A DNA stretch of 64,000 nucleotides from contig JAUSEX010000052.1 of NCBI GenBank assembly GCA_030649895.1, positions 16,988 to 80,987 of the forward strand, read 5' to 3'. Shown in pieces: positions 23,519 through 32,348 of the stretch (within the stretch, counting starts at the first letter, position 1; the number at the start of each line of letters is the position of its first letter). Made by a program: the position numbers and the translations under genes. The notes under the pieces were generated by a model. The model saw nothing but the letters and a program-made list of their open reading frames with translations, did not search any database and was not told where the DNA came from. This stretch comes from Candidatus Omnitrophota bacterium. GTDB lineage: Bacteria; Omnitrophota; Gorgyraeia; Gorgyraeales; Gorgyraeaceae.

Positions 23519-24351
23519 TAATTCAAGAGTTTCTTGCTTTGAGCTTCTTTTAGATAATTTTCACGCGTTAATACTTTTTTACCACTCTTTCTTTCCAATT
23601 CTTTTCTCGCGTTGCCCGCGACAGCGCCGCCCTTTTGGGCTGCTTGCTTAGTCTCGATAAATCCCTGAGCATTTTTATTTATGGTGATTTCTTTAGTGGA
23701 TGCCTCTCCAAGCATTGAGAAGATCAGCTCCAAGTCATTCATATGATCCCGCAGATTTTGCCGCTTTAACCCTTTAAACTTTTTATACGCGGATGGGGTC
23801 AGGCCAAAAGTTGCTTTTGATATCTCAGCGGTGAGTATTTCGTATTCTTTGGGTTTCTTTACGTCTCTTTTTTGCCACTCGTCAGTTAGTTCTTCACGGA
23901 TAGCTATGCCGCGTAGTCTCTTTTCTATCCAGGCATCGCTATATCCTTTAGCCTTATATAAAGCTCTCGTTCTCTTTGTAGCTAGTTCAGGGTCTTCGAT
24001 TTCCTTAATCCGCTCATAGCCGATTCTTGCCAGCCACCTCTTAAATGGTTCAGCTTTAGGTGATGAGACTGACTGGATAATGCGAAAAATACCTTCTGTA
24101 TTTGCACAGTTCATCTTCTGTCTCCCACCTTCTGTGCGAATTTCAAGGGTATGTACAATTTGTACCCACCCTTTAGCCAACTCTGGATCCCTTTGTTTCA
24201 TTCTCTGGATATACTGCTTAGGATCACTGGAATCAATCAAAGCCGAGACAACGTCTTCAATAACAAACCACCACTCCTTCTTATGAATGGCTTTCCTGAT
24301 CTCTTTCTTCCGAAAAATAGCAATTTTAGTAACAACTGTCTCTTTTGTCAT
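23518..24351 (-). CDS. DinD-like / Bro-N domain protein, copy 3.
   Basis: About 85% identical to copy 1 over the N- and C-terminal parts, with a divergent middle segment (SSDPKQYIQRMKQRDPELAKGWVQIVHTLEIRTEGGRQKMN). Confidence 0.7.
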   Translation of the reverse strand: MTKETVVTKIAIFRKKEIRKAIHKKEWWFVIEDVVSALIDSSDPKQYIQRMKQRDPELAKGWVQIVHTLEIRTEGGRQKMNCANTEGIFRIIQSVSSPKAEPFKRWLARIGYERIKEIEDPELATKRTRALYKAKGYSDAWIEKRLRGIAIREELTDEWQKRDVKKPKEYEILTAEISKATFGLTPSAYKKFKGLKRQNLRDHMNDLELIFSMLGEASTKEITINKNAQGFIETKQAAQKGGAVAGNARKELERKSGKKVLTRENYLKEAQSKKLLN

Positions 24352-24409
24352 TTATCCCTCCAGATTTTTAATTACCATATATAAATCTACCCGCTTTTAA
24401 CTTATAAAA

Positions 24410-24441
24410 GCAGTAGGGTAGGTTTAAACCTGCCCTACTGC
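24410..24441 (-). terminator. Rho-independent terminator hairpin 3' of the YhcG-like gene (GCAGTAGGGTAGG-tttaaa-CCTGCCCTACTGC followed by TTTTATAAG on the minus strand).
   Basis: Same structure as 23487-23518, with compensatory CCC/GGG to GGT/GCC changes (one G·U wobble). Confidence 0.6.
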
Positions 24442-24444
24442 TAC

Positions 24445-25173
24445 TTAAAATTTATACCGTTGCATTTCTTTCCGAAGCTCCTCTGGGGTAGGAAGATACA
24501 GTTTGTACCGCGAGGCGAATATCTGCTTATTGCGCTCAGGCAATGTATATCGTACTACAGCGTCTTTTTTATCCTCGCATAATAAAAGCCCTACGGTAGG
24601 ATTATCATCATGGCGCCTCAATATCCGATCATAGTAATTAACGTACATCTGCATCTGCCCTATATCCTGATGAGTAATTTTTCCTATTTTTAAATCAATA
24701 AGAACGTAACACTTCAGAATCGCATTATAGAAAACCAGATCTATGTAAAAATGATCTCCCTCTAGCGTTATGCGGTTTTGGCGCGCGACAAACGTAAATC
24801 CTCTGCCAAGTTCCAGGAGAAATTGAGACAGATGGTCAATAAGCGCCTGCTCAAGTTTATTTTCATAAAGTTTAGCCTGAGGAGATAGTCCGGTAAATTC
24901 TAGCACATATGGATCCTTTATCATATCTTCATATGTCTGAACATCCTGGCCTTTGGCGGCAAGCCGTTTCACAGCTTTCTTATCTTTGCTTAACGCAAGT
25001 CTCTCGAACAACATGCTGCCTTTCTGGCGTTCAAGCTCGCGGGATGACCAATTATTCTTCGCGCATTCTACTTCATAAAATGAACGGGCTTCCGGATTTT
25101 CTACCCGTATTAATATCCTATAGTGCGTCCAGCTTAATTCGTGACGCAGCGCGTCACGATTCGAATACATCAC
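24445..25173 (-). CDS. PDDEXK-family nuclease, YhcG/DUF1016-like, N-terminally short relative to canonical family members.
   Basis: LSWTHYRILIRVENPEARSFYEVECAKNNWSSRELERQ matches the YhcG signature (LSWSHY..L....D...R.FY......W..REL.RQ). The C-terminal region GDHFYIDLVFYNAILKCYVLIDLKIGK is consistent with a PD-(D/E)xK core. The first ~18 codons lie inside repeat 25119-25261. Confidence 0.65.
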   Translation of the reverse strand: MMYSNRDALRHELSWTHYRILIRVENPEARSFYEVECAKNNWSSRELERQKGSMLFERLALSKDKKAVKRLAAKGQDVQTYEDMIKDPYVLEFTGLSPQAKLYENKLEQALIDHLSQFLLELGRGFTFVARQNRITLEGDHFYIDLVFYNAILKCYVLIDLKIGKITHQDIGQMQMYVNYYDRILRRHDDNPTVGLLLCEDKKDAVVRYTLPERNKQIFASRYKLYLPTPEELRKEMQRYKF

Positions 25174-25261
25174 ATAGAAATATCTTATATTTTGGAACCA
25201 TAAAGCTCGTAACTTATTATATGGTAAAATGTTACAGTGCAGTAAGACGTCCCCGATGCTA
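25119..25261. repeat. 143-bp repeat, copy 2, forming the 5' end and leader of the YhcG-like gene.
   Basis: Paralogous to 20079-20221. Minus strand contains TTACTG-N18-TATAAT, a promoter-like sequence, upstream of ATGATGTAT. Confidence 0.75.
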
Positions 25262-25280
25262 ATTGGCTGAAAAATTGCAG

Positions 25281-25682
25281 TTATTGCTTTTCTAAAGAGA
25301 ATTTCTTTTGCGGATAATTAACTGTAAGAACAAAATTACTTAAAAAACTTCTTACCCCTAATAGCGGGACATTAAGATTTGGCATGAAATCTATAAGGGT
25401 TTCTTTAATAGTAATATCGAATATCTCGATTCTAACTGTATGAGAATACGCTATAGTTTTCCCATTGCCAGTATTTATTTCCTTAGCTATACCTGCTTGG
25501 AGATTATGTCCTAATATTGCGGCATAAGATGCCGGTAAAGCGCATTCATCCGCTCCTGTGTCAATTAATCCTAATATTTTCATCTTCTTATTGGAATGCG
25601 GGTTAACTATAGTAATAGGCAGCCACGGTCTTGAAATATCTTCAGAGCTTAGCTTTATGAAAGGAATATTAGAAAATTCCAT
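25281..25682 (-). CDS. Retropepsin-like (clan AA) aspartic protease.
   Basis: ILGLIDTGADECALP (DTG active-site motif, single-lobe size of 133 aa). The start abuts the stop of the upstream small gene. Confidence 0.7.
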   Translation of the reverse strand: MEFSNIPFIKLSSEDISRPWLPITIVNPHSNKKMKILGLIDTGADECALPASYAAILGHNLQAGIAKEINTGNGKTIAYSHTVRIEIFDITIKETLIDFMPNLNVPLLGVRSFLSNFVLTVNYPQKKFSLEKQ

Positions 25683-25871
25683 TTAGTATATCTGAACCAT
25701 ATCTTTGGCAGGGATAAAAAATATCACAGGATTAGGGTACCCTTGCTTTACTGCTTTATCATATGCTTCCTTAGGATCCTTACCATCAGCAATAACAGTG
25801 CTATCGTCAAAATCCTTTACTACTACGTAACGACCATTATATTTATTTTCTTTTACAAGGACTTGTTCCAT
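25683..25871 (-). CDS. Small protein (62 aa), DUF5678-like, forming a two-gene unit with the retropepsin-like protease.
   Basis: MEQVLVKENKYNGRYVVVKDFDDSTVIADGKDPKEAYDKAVKQGYPNPVIFFIP resembles the pattern of small proteins (.G.WVA.....V.A.G....E....A...G...P.IF.VP) often encoded next to retropepsin-like proteases. The stop is directly adjacent to the protease ATG. Confidence 0.55.
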   Translation of the reverse strand: MEQVLVKENKYNGRYVVVKDFDDSTVIADGKDPKEAYDKAVKQGYPNPVIFFIPAKDMVQIY

Positions 25872-26059
25872 ACCACACCTCTCTTTTCCTGCAGTCTATT
25901 AGCAATAATGCTAACTATATCTCTTTTAAATTCAGGCAGTTACATAAATATTTCCAATTATCTCCATGTCTTAGGTAATTATACATCAGATCTCAAGTAA
26001 AGTCAATAGCGCTCTGTCAGAATGTGTCTATCAGGCATGTTGCTTCTTTCCTCTAATAC

Positions 26060-27190
26060 CTAATAACTCTTTTTTAAATCATTAAAAGCTTCCTGGATGG
26101 TGGATTCATTTACATTAAACCTCTTAGCTAAATCAGCCTTTGTTATAGAAGAAATATCCTCCCCTTTGCTTTTGAAGAGGGCCTCTATCATAAGAATAAA
26201 TTTCAGGCGCAAGGTTAAATCAGGTGATTGCCTATTCATAATAGAATCGGAGGATATAACAAAAGAATCACCCGGGATATCCGTAAGCTTTATGAAGACG
26301 TCTTTACCATGCAAAAAGTCTACGCTTATAAGATCATAACGATCCTGGAGCCTCTTCAGGCTTCTTATTACCTGTCTCCTTAAGGCGCTATAACTCAATG
26401 CGCTCGGCAGACCCAAACTCAACGCCATGTCTTCCATATTTATGAAAAACTCAACCTCGCCCGTTAATTGGCTATAACCTAAAATTAAGAGATACAGATT
26501 AAAGACGCGTTCATCCTGGCCTGTAACCATGCGGGAAAAGTATTTCTTATTTACCAGGAGCTCTTCAGGGATAGCTATTCCCTCAGGCAGGTTTTCCAAA
26601 TAATCAGGAATGCCGGATATTTCCGTATTTGACTTTACAAACTTCAACACATCTTCAAGACGACTGAGTTTTTCACCGGCATGGCGAGGCGAATCAATCA
26701 GGGTATTGGATTCGAAATTCCTCTTGAGAGCGGAATTAGACCAGTTTGTACTGCCTATTATCACATATCTACTATCAACTATTATGAGTTTATCATGAAG
26801 CTTACGGCTTGACGGTATAAGGTAAATATCACACCCTGAATCTTTCAGCTCCTTAAACACAGGGCTCCCAATAAAAGATCCTTCGGATTTATCAATGTCC
26901 CTAAAACGGGTATTAAGATACATCGTAACGCTGACTCCCCTTTTCCTGGCCTCCAACAAGTCCTTTAATAGTAGCATTACCGGACTTTTTTCTCCAAAAC
27001 CAGGACTAATACCATACATGGAAACAACTATCGATTCTTTCGCGTTATCCAAGAGATCTATAAGAACTTGTTCATATTTACGGTCTGACAGGTCAGTGAC
27101 TTTCTCTGAGGAGTCATTATCCGCAGGATACACGGAAAAAACATTCAAAAAAACTATAGCAAAAACTATAAAAATTATCGAAAGTCTGAT
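26060..27190 (-). CDS. PLD-superfamily (HKD) nuclease fused to a C-terminal tandem winged-helix / HTH DNA-binding region. The start codon is uncertain: TTG at 27148, or non-canonical further upstream giving a hydrophobic N-terminus.
   Basis: HKD motif KLHDKLIIVDSRYVIIGSTNWSNSALKRNFESNTLI. The C-terminus ...ITKADLAKRFNVNESTIQEAFNDL is an HTH. The frame is open from the TAG at 27204-27206, encoding GRINIRLSIIFIVFAIVFLNVFSVYPADND... (possible signal/TM peptide), but there is no ATG in that stretch. Confidence 0.65.
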   Translation of the reverse strand: MRLSIIFIVFAIVFLNVFSVYPADNDSSEKVTDLSDRKYEQVLIDLLDNAKESIVVSMYGISPGFGEKSPVMLLLKDLLEARKRGVSVTMYLNTRFRDIDKSEGSFIGSPVFKELKDSGCDIYLIPSSRKLHDKLIIVDSRYVIIGSTNWSNSALKRNFESNTLIDSPRHAGEKLSRLEDVLKFVKSNTEISGIPDYLENLPEGIAIPEELLVNKKYFSRMVTGQDERVFNLYLLILGYSQLTGEVEFFINMEDMALSLGLPSALSYSALRRQVIRSLKRLQDRYDLISVDFLHGKDVFIKLTDIPGDSFVISSDSIMNRQSPDLTLRLKFILMIEALFKSKGEDISSITKADLAKRFNVNESTIQEAFNDLKKSY

Positions 27191-27191
27191 A

Positions 27192-27359
27192 TTAATCCTC
27201 CCCTATCTCAATCTTTATGGTAGAAATCCCGCTCGCAGGAAATTTCTTCGTCACCTGATTATTCACAGTATACTCCCATGTATCATAATCAAATGAAACC
27301 TTATAACACCTTTCCACCTCGACATCATTAAACTTTACTATCCATCCGCCCTTTGACAT
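27192..27359 (-). CDS. Small ORF (55 aa) with a strong RBS, immediately upstream of the PLD-HTH gene with no intergenic gap.
   Basis: AAGGAGG 7 nt before the ATG (complement 27357-27359). MSKGGWIVKFNDVEVERCYKVSFDYDTWEYTVNNQVTKKFPASGISTIKIEIGED. The stop TAA (27192-27194) lies inside GGGGAGGATTAAT, the putative RBS/start region of the downstream gene. Confidence 0.5.
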   Translation of the reverse strand: MSKGGWIVKFNDVEVERCYKVSFDYDTWEYTVNNQVTKKFPASGISTIKIEIGED

Positions 27360-27423
27360 GAAAGGCCTCCTTTTTTACGCTATGCGATATGCTTGTGTAT
27401 GCGTCCCGCACATCCAGTACATA

Positions 27424-28392
27424 TTAATCTTTCCTTGTGGCAATCATAATAATATTCGGCGCGAAATAACCTATATTTCCAAATCTTAAAACTCTTTCAA
27501 CCTTTGAAATCCAATAAAATAAAACTCTCAAAATATAATTTTTCCAATCTAAGAACCACGGACTTGGATATACGTAATAATGGCCCACATATTTATGCCA
27601 TACTGGTATTTGAATAGGTTTTGCTATCATAGTCTTCATTACCTTAAACCCAGATTCTCTAAGCATGCTGGTCAACGTAGCTTGAGTAAAATGAGTAACA
27701 TGCTCATAAGAATCAAATATATCATAATTTTTTACTTTTCCTACTATCTTTGCCAGCCATAATTTAAGCATATTATATTTTCCATTTGGAACTTTTATAA
27801 ATAGAATACCATCTTTTTTAAGAACTTTCTTTATATCTTCCAGCATCTTTTTCGGATTCGGAATATGCTCAAACACGTCGGTCATAGTAACCACATCGAA
27901 ATATTCTTTCTCAAATCCCGCGTTGTCGAGGTATGCTGTTTTTATATTTAATCCAAAATATTTTCTTGCCATATCAGACAAAACAGGAGACGGTTCCACG
28001 CCAATTACATTCCATTTTCTGCCTCTAGTATGCCTCAAAAAAGAACCCATGTTTGTACCAATATCTAAAAAATTTCCAGCAGATTTCATCTTTTCTATCA
28101 TTTTTAAATCTTTTAAATAATTTGGATCTCTATGATGTCTTGCCGCGCCATTGAATATCAGTCTGGCCTCTTCAAAATATTTCTTTTCATCTCCCCAGTA
28201 ATTCTTTTCCGGCTCCTTTACCATAGGATTTATATAAATAAGCCTACAATTATTACATCTCACAATGCCAATAGAACCCCTTTCCTTGTAAATCTCTAAA
28301 TAATCGCTAGTATCGCATAAAGGGCAGTTTCTCTTTACGACTTCATCCTCATTGTAATGGGCTTTTTGAGTTCCGCCTCTTTCATAATCCAT
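27424..28392 (-). CDS. Class I SAM-dependent methyltransferase with an N-terminal zinc-ribbon.
   Basis: CPLCDTSDY...CNNCRLIY (C4 ribbon). FLDIGTNMGSF (motif I) ... DVVTMTDVFEHIPNP (Methyltransf_11-like). Confidence 0.8.
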   Translation of the reverse strand: MDYERGGTQKAHYNEDEVVKRNCPLCDTSDYLEIYKERGSIGIVRCNNCRLIYINPMVKEPEKNYWGDEKKYFEEARLIFNGAARHHRDPNYLKDLKMIEKMKSAGNFLDIGTNMGSFLRHTRGRKWNVIGVEPSPVLSDMARKYFGLNIKTAYLDNAGFEKEYFDVVTMTDVFEHIPNPKKMLEDIKKVLKKDGILFIKVPNGKYNMLKLWLAKIVGKVKNYDIFDSYEHVTHFTQATLTSMLRESGFKVMKTMIAKPIQIPVWHKYVGHYYVYPSPWFLDWKNYILRVLFYWISKVERVLRFGNIGYFAPNIIMIATRKD

Positions 28393-28395
28393 AAG

Positions 28396-29247
28396 TTACC
28401 TCTCAATATTTGAAAACAGCACTTCTTTTACAGGCGCAAACTTAAAATCTTCTAAAAGCTGTTTTAATTTCTTAAGATTATTATTTATCCCTACATATAT
28501 CCTGAATTTATTTATCGGATCTATCTTTATCTTAGGCTGATTTGTGTCAAATTCAGGAGGGTGCAAATATACCATCGCAGGATAGCCATCCTGATTCAGT
28601 TTGTTAATACACAAGCGAGTAAAGCTATATGGGTAAAGCCTGAAATATCCTCCGCCGGCTACCGGGATATTTATTTTCAGAAATTTATAAGTAGCTAATG
28701 GAAATTCTAAAAGCCTTTGGCCTTTTTCCTGGCGCAGGACATATGGAAATCTCGGGCTTCCTATCATTCCATATTTATCGTGCATTACAGGATATATCGA
28801 AGAATCATACATAATCCCGTTTCTCAATAAAACATCTATTACCCACTGGGAATCAGGTGTTATTGAAAAACAGGCAGCCCTGTGGCCTAATACAGATTGG
28901 CCAGTGATGTTCTTAAGCGTATTTATAGACTTCTTGAGCTCGGCTTCAAACTCATCCGGAGATTGTTGATAAGCGCGCATATGCGACCATCCATGCGTCG
29001 CTATCTCATGGCCCTTTTCCGCTATCCTCTTTACCATGTCAGGATGCCTTTGTGCAACCCATCCCAGGATAAAAAATGTAGCAAGAGTCTTTTTGGTTTC
29101 AAGAAGACTAAGTATGGGTTCTATATTCCTTTCAATCCTAGATTCGTACCCGTCCCATTCGGAACGTTTAACATACTTTTCCATATTGGTGTTATGAAAC
29201 CACTCCTCTACATCAAAACTTAGCGCATTTATAATTTTATTTTTCAT
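28396..29247 (-). CDS. Polysaccharide deacetylase family protein (CE4 with a DUF3473-type C-terminus).
   Basis: ALSFDVEEWFH ... GHEIATHGWSH are NodB-homology motifs. Confidence 0.75.
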   Translation of the reverse strand: MKNKIINALSFDVEEWFHNTNMEKYVKRSEWDGYESRIERNIEPILSLLETKKTLATFFILGWVAQRHPDMVKRIAEKGHEIATHGWSHMRAYQQSPDEFEAELKKSINTLKNITGQSVLGHRAACFSITPDSQWVIDVLLRNGIMYDSSIYPVMHDKYGMIGSPRFPYVLRQEKGQRLLEFPLATYKFLKINIPVAGGGYFRLYPYSFTRLCINKLNQDGYPAMVYLHPPEFDTNQPKIKIDPINKFRIYVGINNNLKKLKQLLEDFKFAPVKEVLFSNIER

Positions 29248-29253
29248 TTTAAT

Positions 29254-30354
29254 TTAAAAGGTATCCCAGTCGCCAAAGCTAAGAAACCAGTTTTTGCCAT
29301 TAAGAAATACCGTTTTATCAGCAACGTCCTGATTGGCCCTGCCGACTAAAATAAGTTTTCTGGGATTCAGTCTTTCAGGCGCCTTTACAAAACCTGTATT
29401 TTTTAATGAGCTATAATATTTATTATTTTTAAGGCATCCGGTAATGCACAAATCTACGCCATCTTTTTTGAAATTATCAATGGCCTTTGTAACTAGTGCT
29501 TCGATAATATTATCTTTTCCAGGTAATACAAAATAATCCATGATAATTCCTATTTTCAGAGAAAACACATCAGCTGTCCTTGTTACTATATAACCTGCCA
29601 ACTCTCCGTTCTTTAAAGCGCCAAAAACATGATATCTCTGATTCGGCCTTAACATAAACCTCCAGTTTAAAAACGCGCTATCCCTTGGTACCATTACCTT
29701 CGCCTGAGCCATAGCCTTTTTCCATAAAAAATCAAATTCCGGGCCAAAAGAATTCTTTGTTTCTATCTTTACGCTATTGGATTTTCTCTGCATACCAAAA
29801 TGGTAGAACCACATATAATACAAAGGACTTAAAATAAAATAAAACAACAATGCCAGCAAAGGATTTTTAACAATCTTTTTTATCGTATTTTTTATATTCA
29901 CTGGCCTTACTAACAAAGAAATTGTCGCAATAGACGAAAATCCCAATTTATTAATAAAACCTGGCCTGGATTTGTCATTAGGAAATGCGAAAGAAAATGT
30001 AATGCCCTGTTTTTTAAGTTCCTCTATAGAAACCCTGCCTAAGTTCTTAAATATGCCTCTATTTCTATAGTCAGCATGGGTTGTAAGGTGAAGCACAATG
30101 CCTGTCTTATAGATATTCTCGTTTACCTTAAGCCGCTCTAAAACATTTGGAAAATGCCCTATTACTTTTTCCTTATCTTCAGCTATAAAATTAACAGAAC
30201 CTCCTCCTGTATTATCGCGATATAACCAGTTCCAGAAATCCGAAGTATAGATATCTTGCGACGCTGTCCAGTAGCCGCTAAAACTCTCCTTCAAGAGCTG
30301 AAGTATCTTATCCCTGTCTTCTTCTATGCCGGCTTTCTTTATATCCCAGCCCAT
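29254..30354 (-). CDS. GNAT / FemAB-like acyltransferase.
   Basis: ...VIGHFPNVLERLKVNENIYKTGIVLHLTTHADYRNRGIFKNLG... is an acetyl-CoA-binding-like core. About 366 aa, typical of FemAB-related glycan-modifying acyltransferases. Confidence 0.5.
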   Translation of the reverse strand: MGWDIKKAGIEEDRDKILQLLKESFSGYWTASQDIYTSDFWNWLYRDNTGGGSVNFIAEDKEKVIGHFPNVLERLKVNENIYKTGIVLHLTTHADYRNRGIFKNLGRVSIEELKKQGITFSFAFPNDKSRPGFINKLGFSSIATISLLVRPVNIKNTIKKIVKNPLLALLFYFILSPLYYMWFYHFGMQRKSNSVKIETKNSFGPEFDFLWKKAMAQAKVMVPRDSAFLNWRFMLRPNQRYHVFGALKNGELAGYIVTRTADVFSLKIGIIMDYFVLPGKDNIIEALVTKAIDNFKKDGVDLCITGCLKNNKYYSSLKNTGFVKAPERLNPRKLILVGRANQDVADKTVFLNGKNWFLSFGDWDTF

Positions 30355-30549
30355 AACATCCTCTCTATGCTATAACCCAACTCCAATCCCTCGCCCCTTA
30401 TCTCTATATGCCTCATCATTATCCAGTCTCCCTTGTGCGTTAATGCGCCTCACATCTTGCGCATATCGAGCTTTCTCATCCATATTACCGTTCAAACTAA
30501 TCTTCCCCCAGATATGCCACACATCTCTAATCCTATAAAATATTATACT

Positions 30550-31323
30550 TTACCTGATTCCGTAATAAATTCTATACCAAATATATTCAAATAATGTAGG
30601 ATGACTCCATAATTTGGACAAGCCTTCAGGATATGGTTTAACATCGATCTGATTTTTTAATATATCATTTATTGCCTTTTTTAGTAACTCTATTCCCTCT
30701 GCCAGTTGAAGATATGGGTATGTGACAAAATTATCCTCATTAGAAAGAGAGATTGTTCCCTGTTCAAGTATATCGCCGGTATCAATGCCCGCATCGACAA
30801 AATGCACTGTAACCCCGCAATCTTTTTTATTACTTTCAATCAACGCCCAGTAAGCTCCATGCACGCCCCTGTACAAAGGAGTAATCCCGGCATGCAAATT
30901 GATAAACTTGGCAGGGATGCTTATCAATATCCTGTCCAAGATGATCCTGGTCCCGTTAATCACAACCACGGCAGGATTTATCTTTTGCAGGATAGCCTTT
31001 GTCTCATCAGAATTCGCGGACGCTACCCTGATTACCCTGGCGCTATCGATAGGAGAGTTTTCCATACCTGATTCCTGTTTCAATCGCATAATGCGTTTTC
31101 GTGAAACTAACCTGAGGTACGGAACCGCTATCAGCTGAAAAAGCGCCTGGCCGAATACCTTAAAGAAACCAATCTTTTTAATCCTATTTTTTAAAAATAA
31201 TACTTTTGATATGCGGCGCTCTATTATGACTTTTTCTATCTTAAAACTGCTTTTCAGGGCATTATAGATAATATTTGTGGATTCTCCGTCCCCTGCCAGT
31301 ATAACAACAGTTTTATCTTCCAT
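30550..31323 (-). CDS. Formyltransferase family protein (Fmt / ArnA N-terminal domain-like).
   Basis: FINLHAGITPLYRGVHGAYWALIE matches the formyl-transferase catalytic motif (H.S.LP.YRG). Confidence 0.7.
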   Translation of the reverse strand: MEDKTVVILAGDGESTNIIYNALKSSFKIEKVIIERRISKVLFLKNRIKKIGFFKVFGQALFQLIAVPYLRLVSRKRIMRLKQESGMENSPIDSARVIRVASANSDETKAILQKINPAVVVINGTRIILDRILISIPAKFINLHAGITPLYRGVHGAYWALIESNKKDCGVTVHFVDAGIDTGDILEQGTISLSNEDNFVTYPYLQLAEGIELLKKAINDILKNQIDVKPYPEGLSKLWSHPTLFEYIWYRIYYGIR

Positions 31324-32314
31324 GATTTATTTCCCTGATTACCTTATCCGAGAGCTCTCTCATATTAAGGCTCTCTATCCCATAAAGCTTTTTCATCTTC
31401 AGATAGTGGTCCAGTATCTTCTTCAGGAACATGATATTTTTATCCATATTGATTCCAAAATTATGAGGATGCCACCAGAGATGATAAACTTCCCCTCTTT
31501 TGGCCGCATGTGCAATGCCAGATAAGATGCGCTTTAAACGCAATGGTTCCAGTATTTTCAATGAATCGGAATAAGGCCGGAGAAACCTACTCGAGGGTAT
31601 ATTGCATGGAAATTCAGAAACGACCCTATCTACAGGATAACAATTATGCCCGGAGATGTTAATATAGGCATCCATCAACCTCAGCGCCTTTCTGAATAAC
31701 GGCTTATTTTCCTCGTTTTTTGCCTCATAAATCCAAAAGGCCTCATTGCCCCTGTAAGCCCTTATGCCCATCTCTCTGCATATCGATATATAATCCCTGT
31801 TAAACTGATTTCTAGGGAAAACCAGGCTCGTAATATTCAGGTTATATTTCTTCGCGGCCCTTACCGCGGCATCCAAATCATCCCTGAACGTATCGATATC
31901 CTGGCCTTTCTCCAAGCAATAATAATGCGAAAACGTATGACTCCCTATTTCCTGAGACGGGGCATGAGAAGCTATCATCTTTATCAAAGAAGGCGCGTAA
32001 TGAAACGGGTCTTCTTTTTCATCAGCGCCGATACTATCGATATGGCTGTAAGGAGAAAGTCCCGCGTTAAGATAACCCGGCTTCCGGCTTGGCAAACCCT
32101 TGATTAATTCATCGCGTGTCTCGAAAAATAAAAAACCTACAACCGCCCATGTCGCGTGAATGCCATATTCCTCAAATAATCTTAAAAGCGCGGGCACAAC
32201 AGAACGCACCCCTAAGATATTTTCTTTATAACTTCCCAGCGTCCTTTTATCGCGCACGCCCCAGTAAAGCTCAAAATCCAGGGAAACGACAAAAACACCT
32301 TTTTGTTTTATCAT
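31313..32314 (-). CDS. Polysaccharide deacetylase family protein (NodB / ArnD-like).
   Basis: VVSLDFELYWG ... GSHTFSHYY are NodB motifs. Confidence 0.7.
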   Translation of the reverse strand: MIKQKGVFVVSLDFELYWGVRDKRTLGSYKENILGVRSVVPALLRLFEEYGIHATWAVVGFLFFETRDELIKGLPSRKPGYLNAGLSPYSHIDSIGADEKEDPFHYAPSLIKMIASHAPSQEIGSHTFSHYYCLEKGQDIDTFRDDLDAAVRAAKKYNLNITSLVFPRNQFNRDYISICREMGIRAYRGNEAFWIYEAKNEENKPLFRKALRLMDAYINISGHNCYPVDRVVSEFPCNIPSSRFLRPYSDSLKILEPLRLKRILSGIAHAAKRGEVYHLWWHPHNFGINMDKNIMFLKKILDHYLKMKKLYGIESLNMRELSDKVIREINHGR

Positions 32315-32348
32315 ATATGATTTTGTTAGATTATGCTTTTGGGATTTA

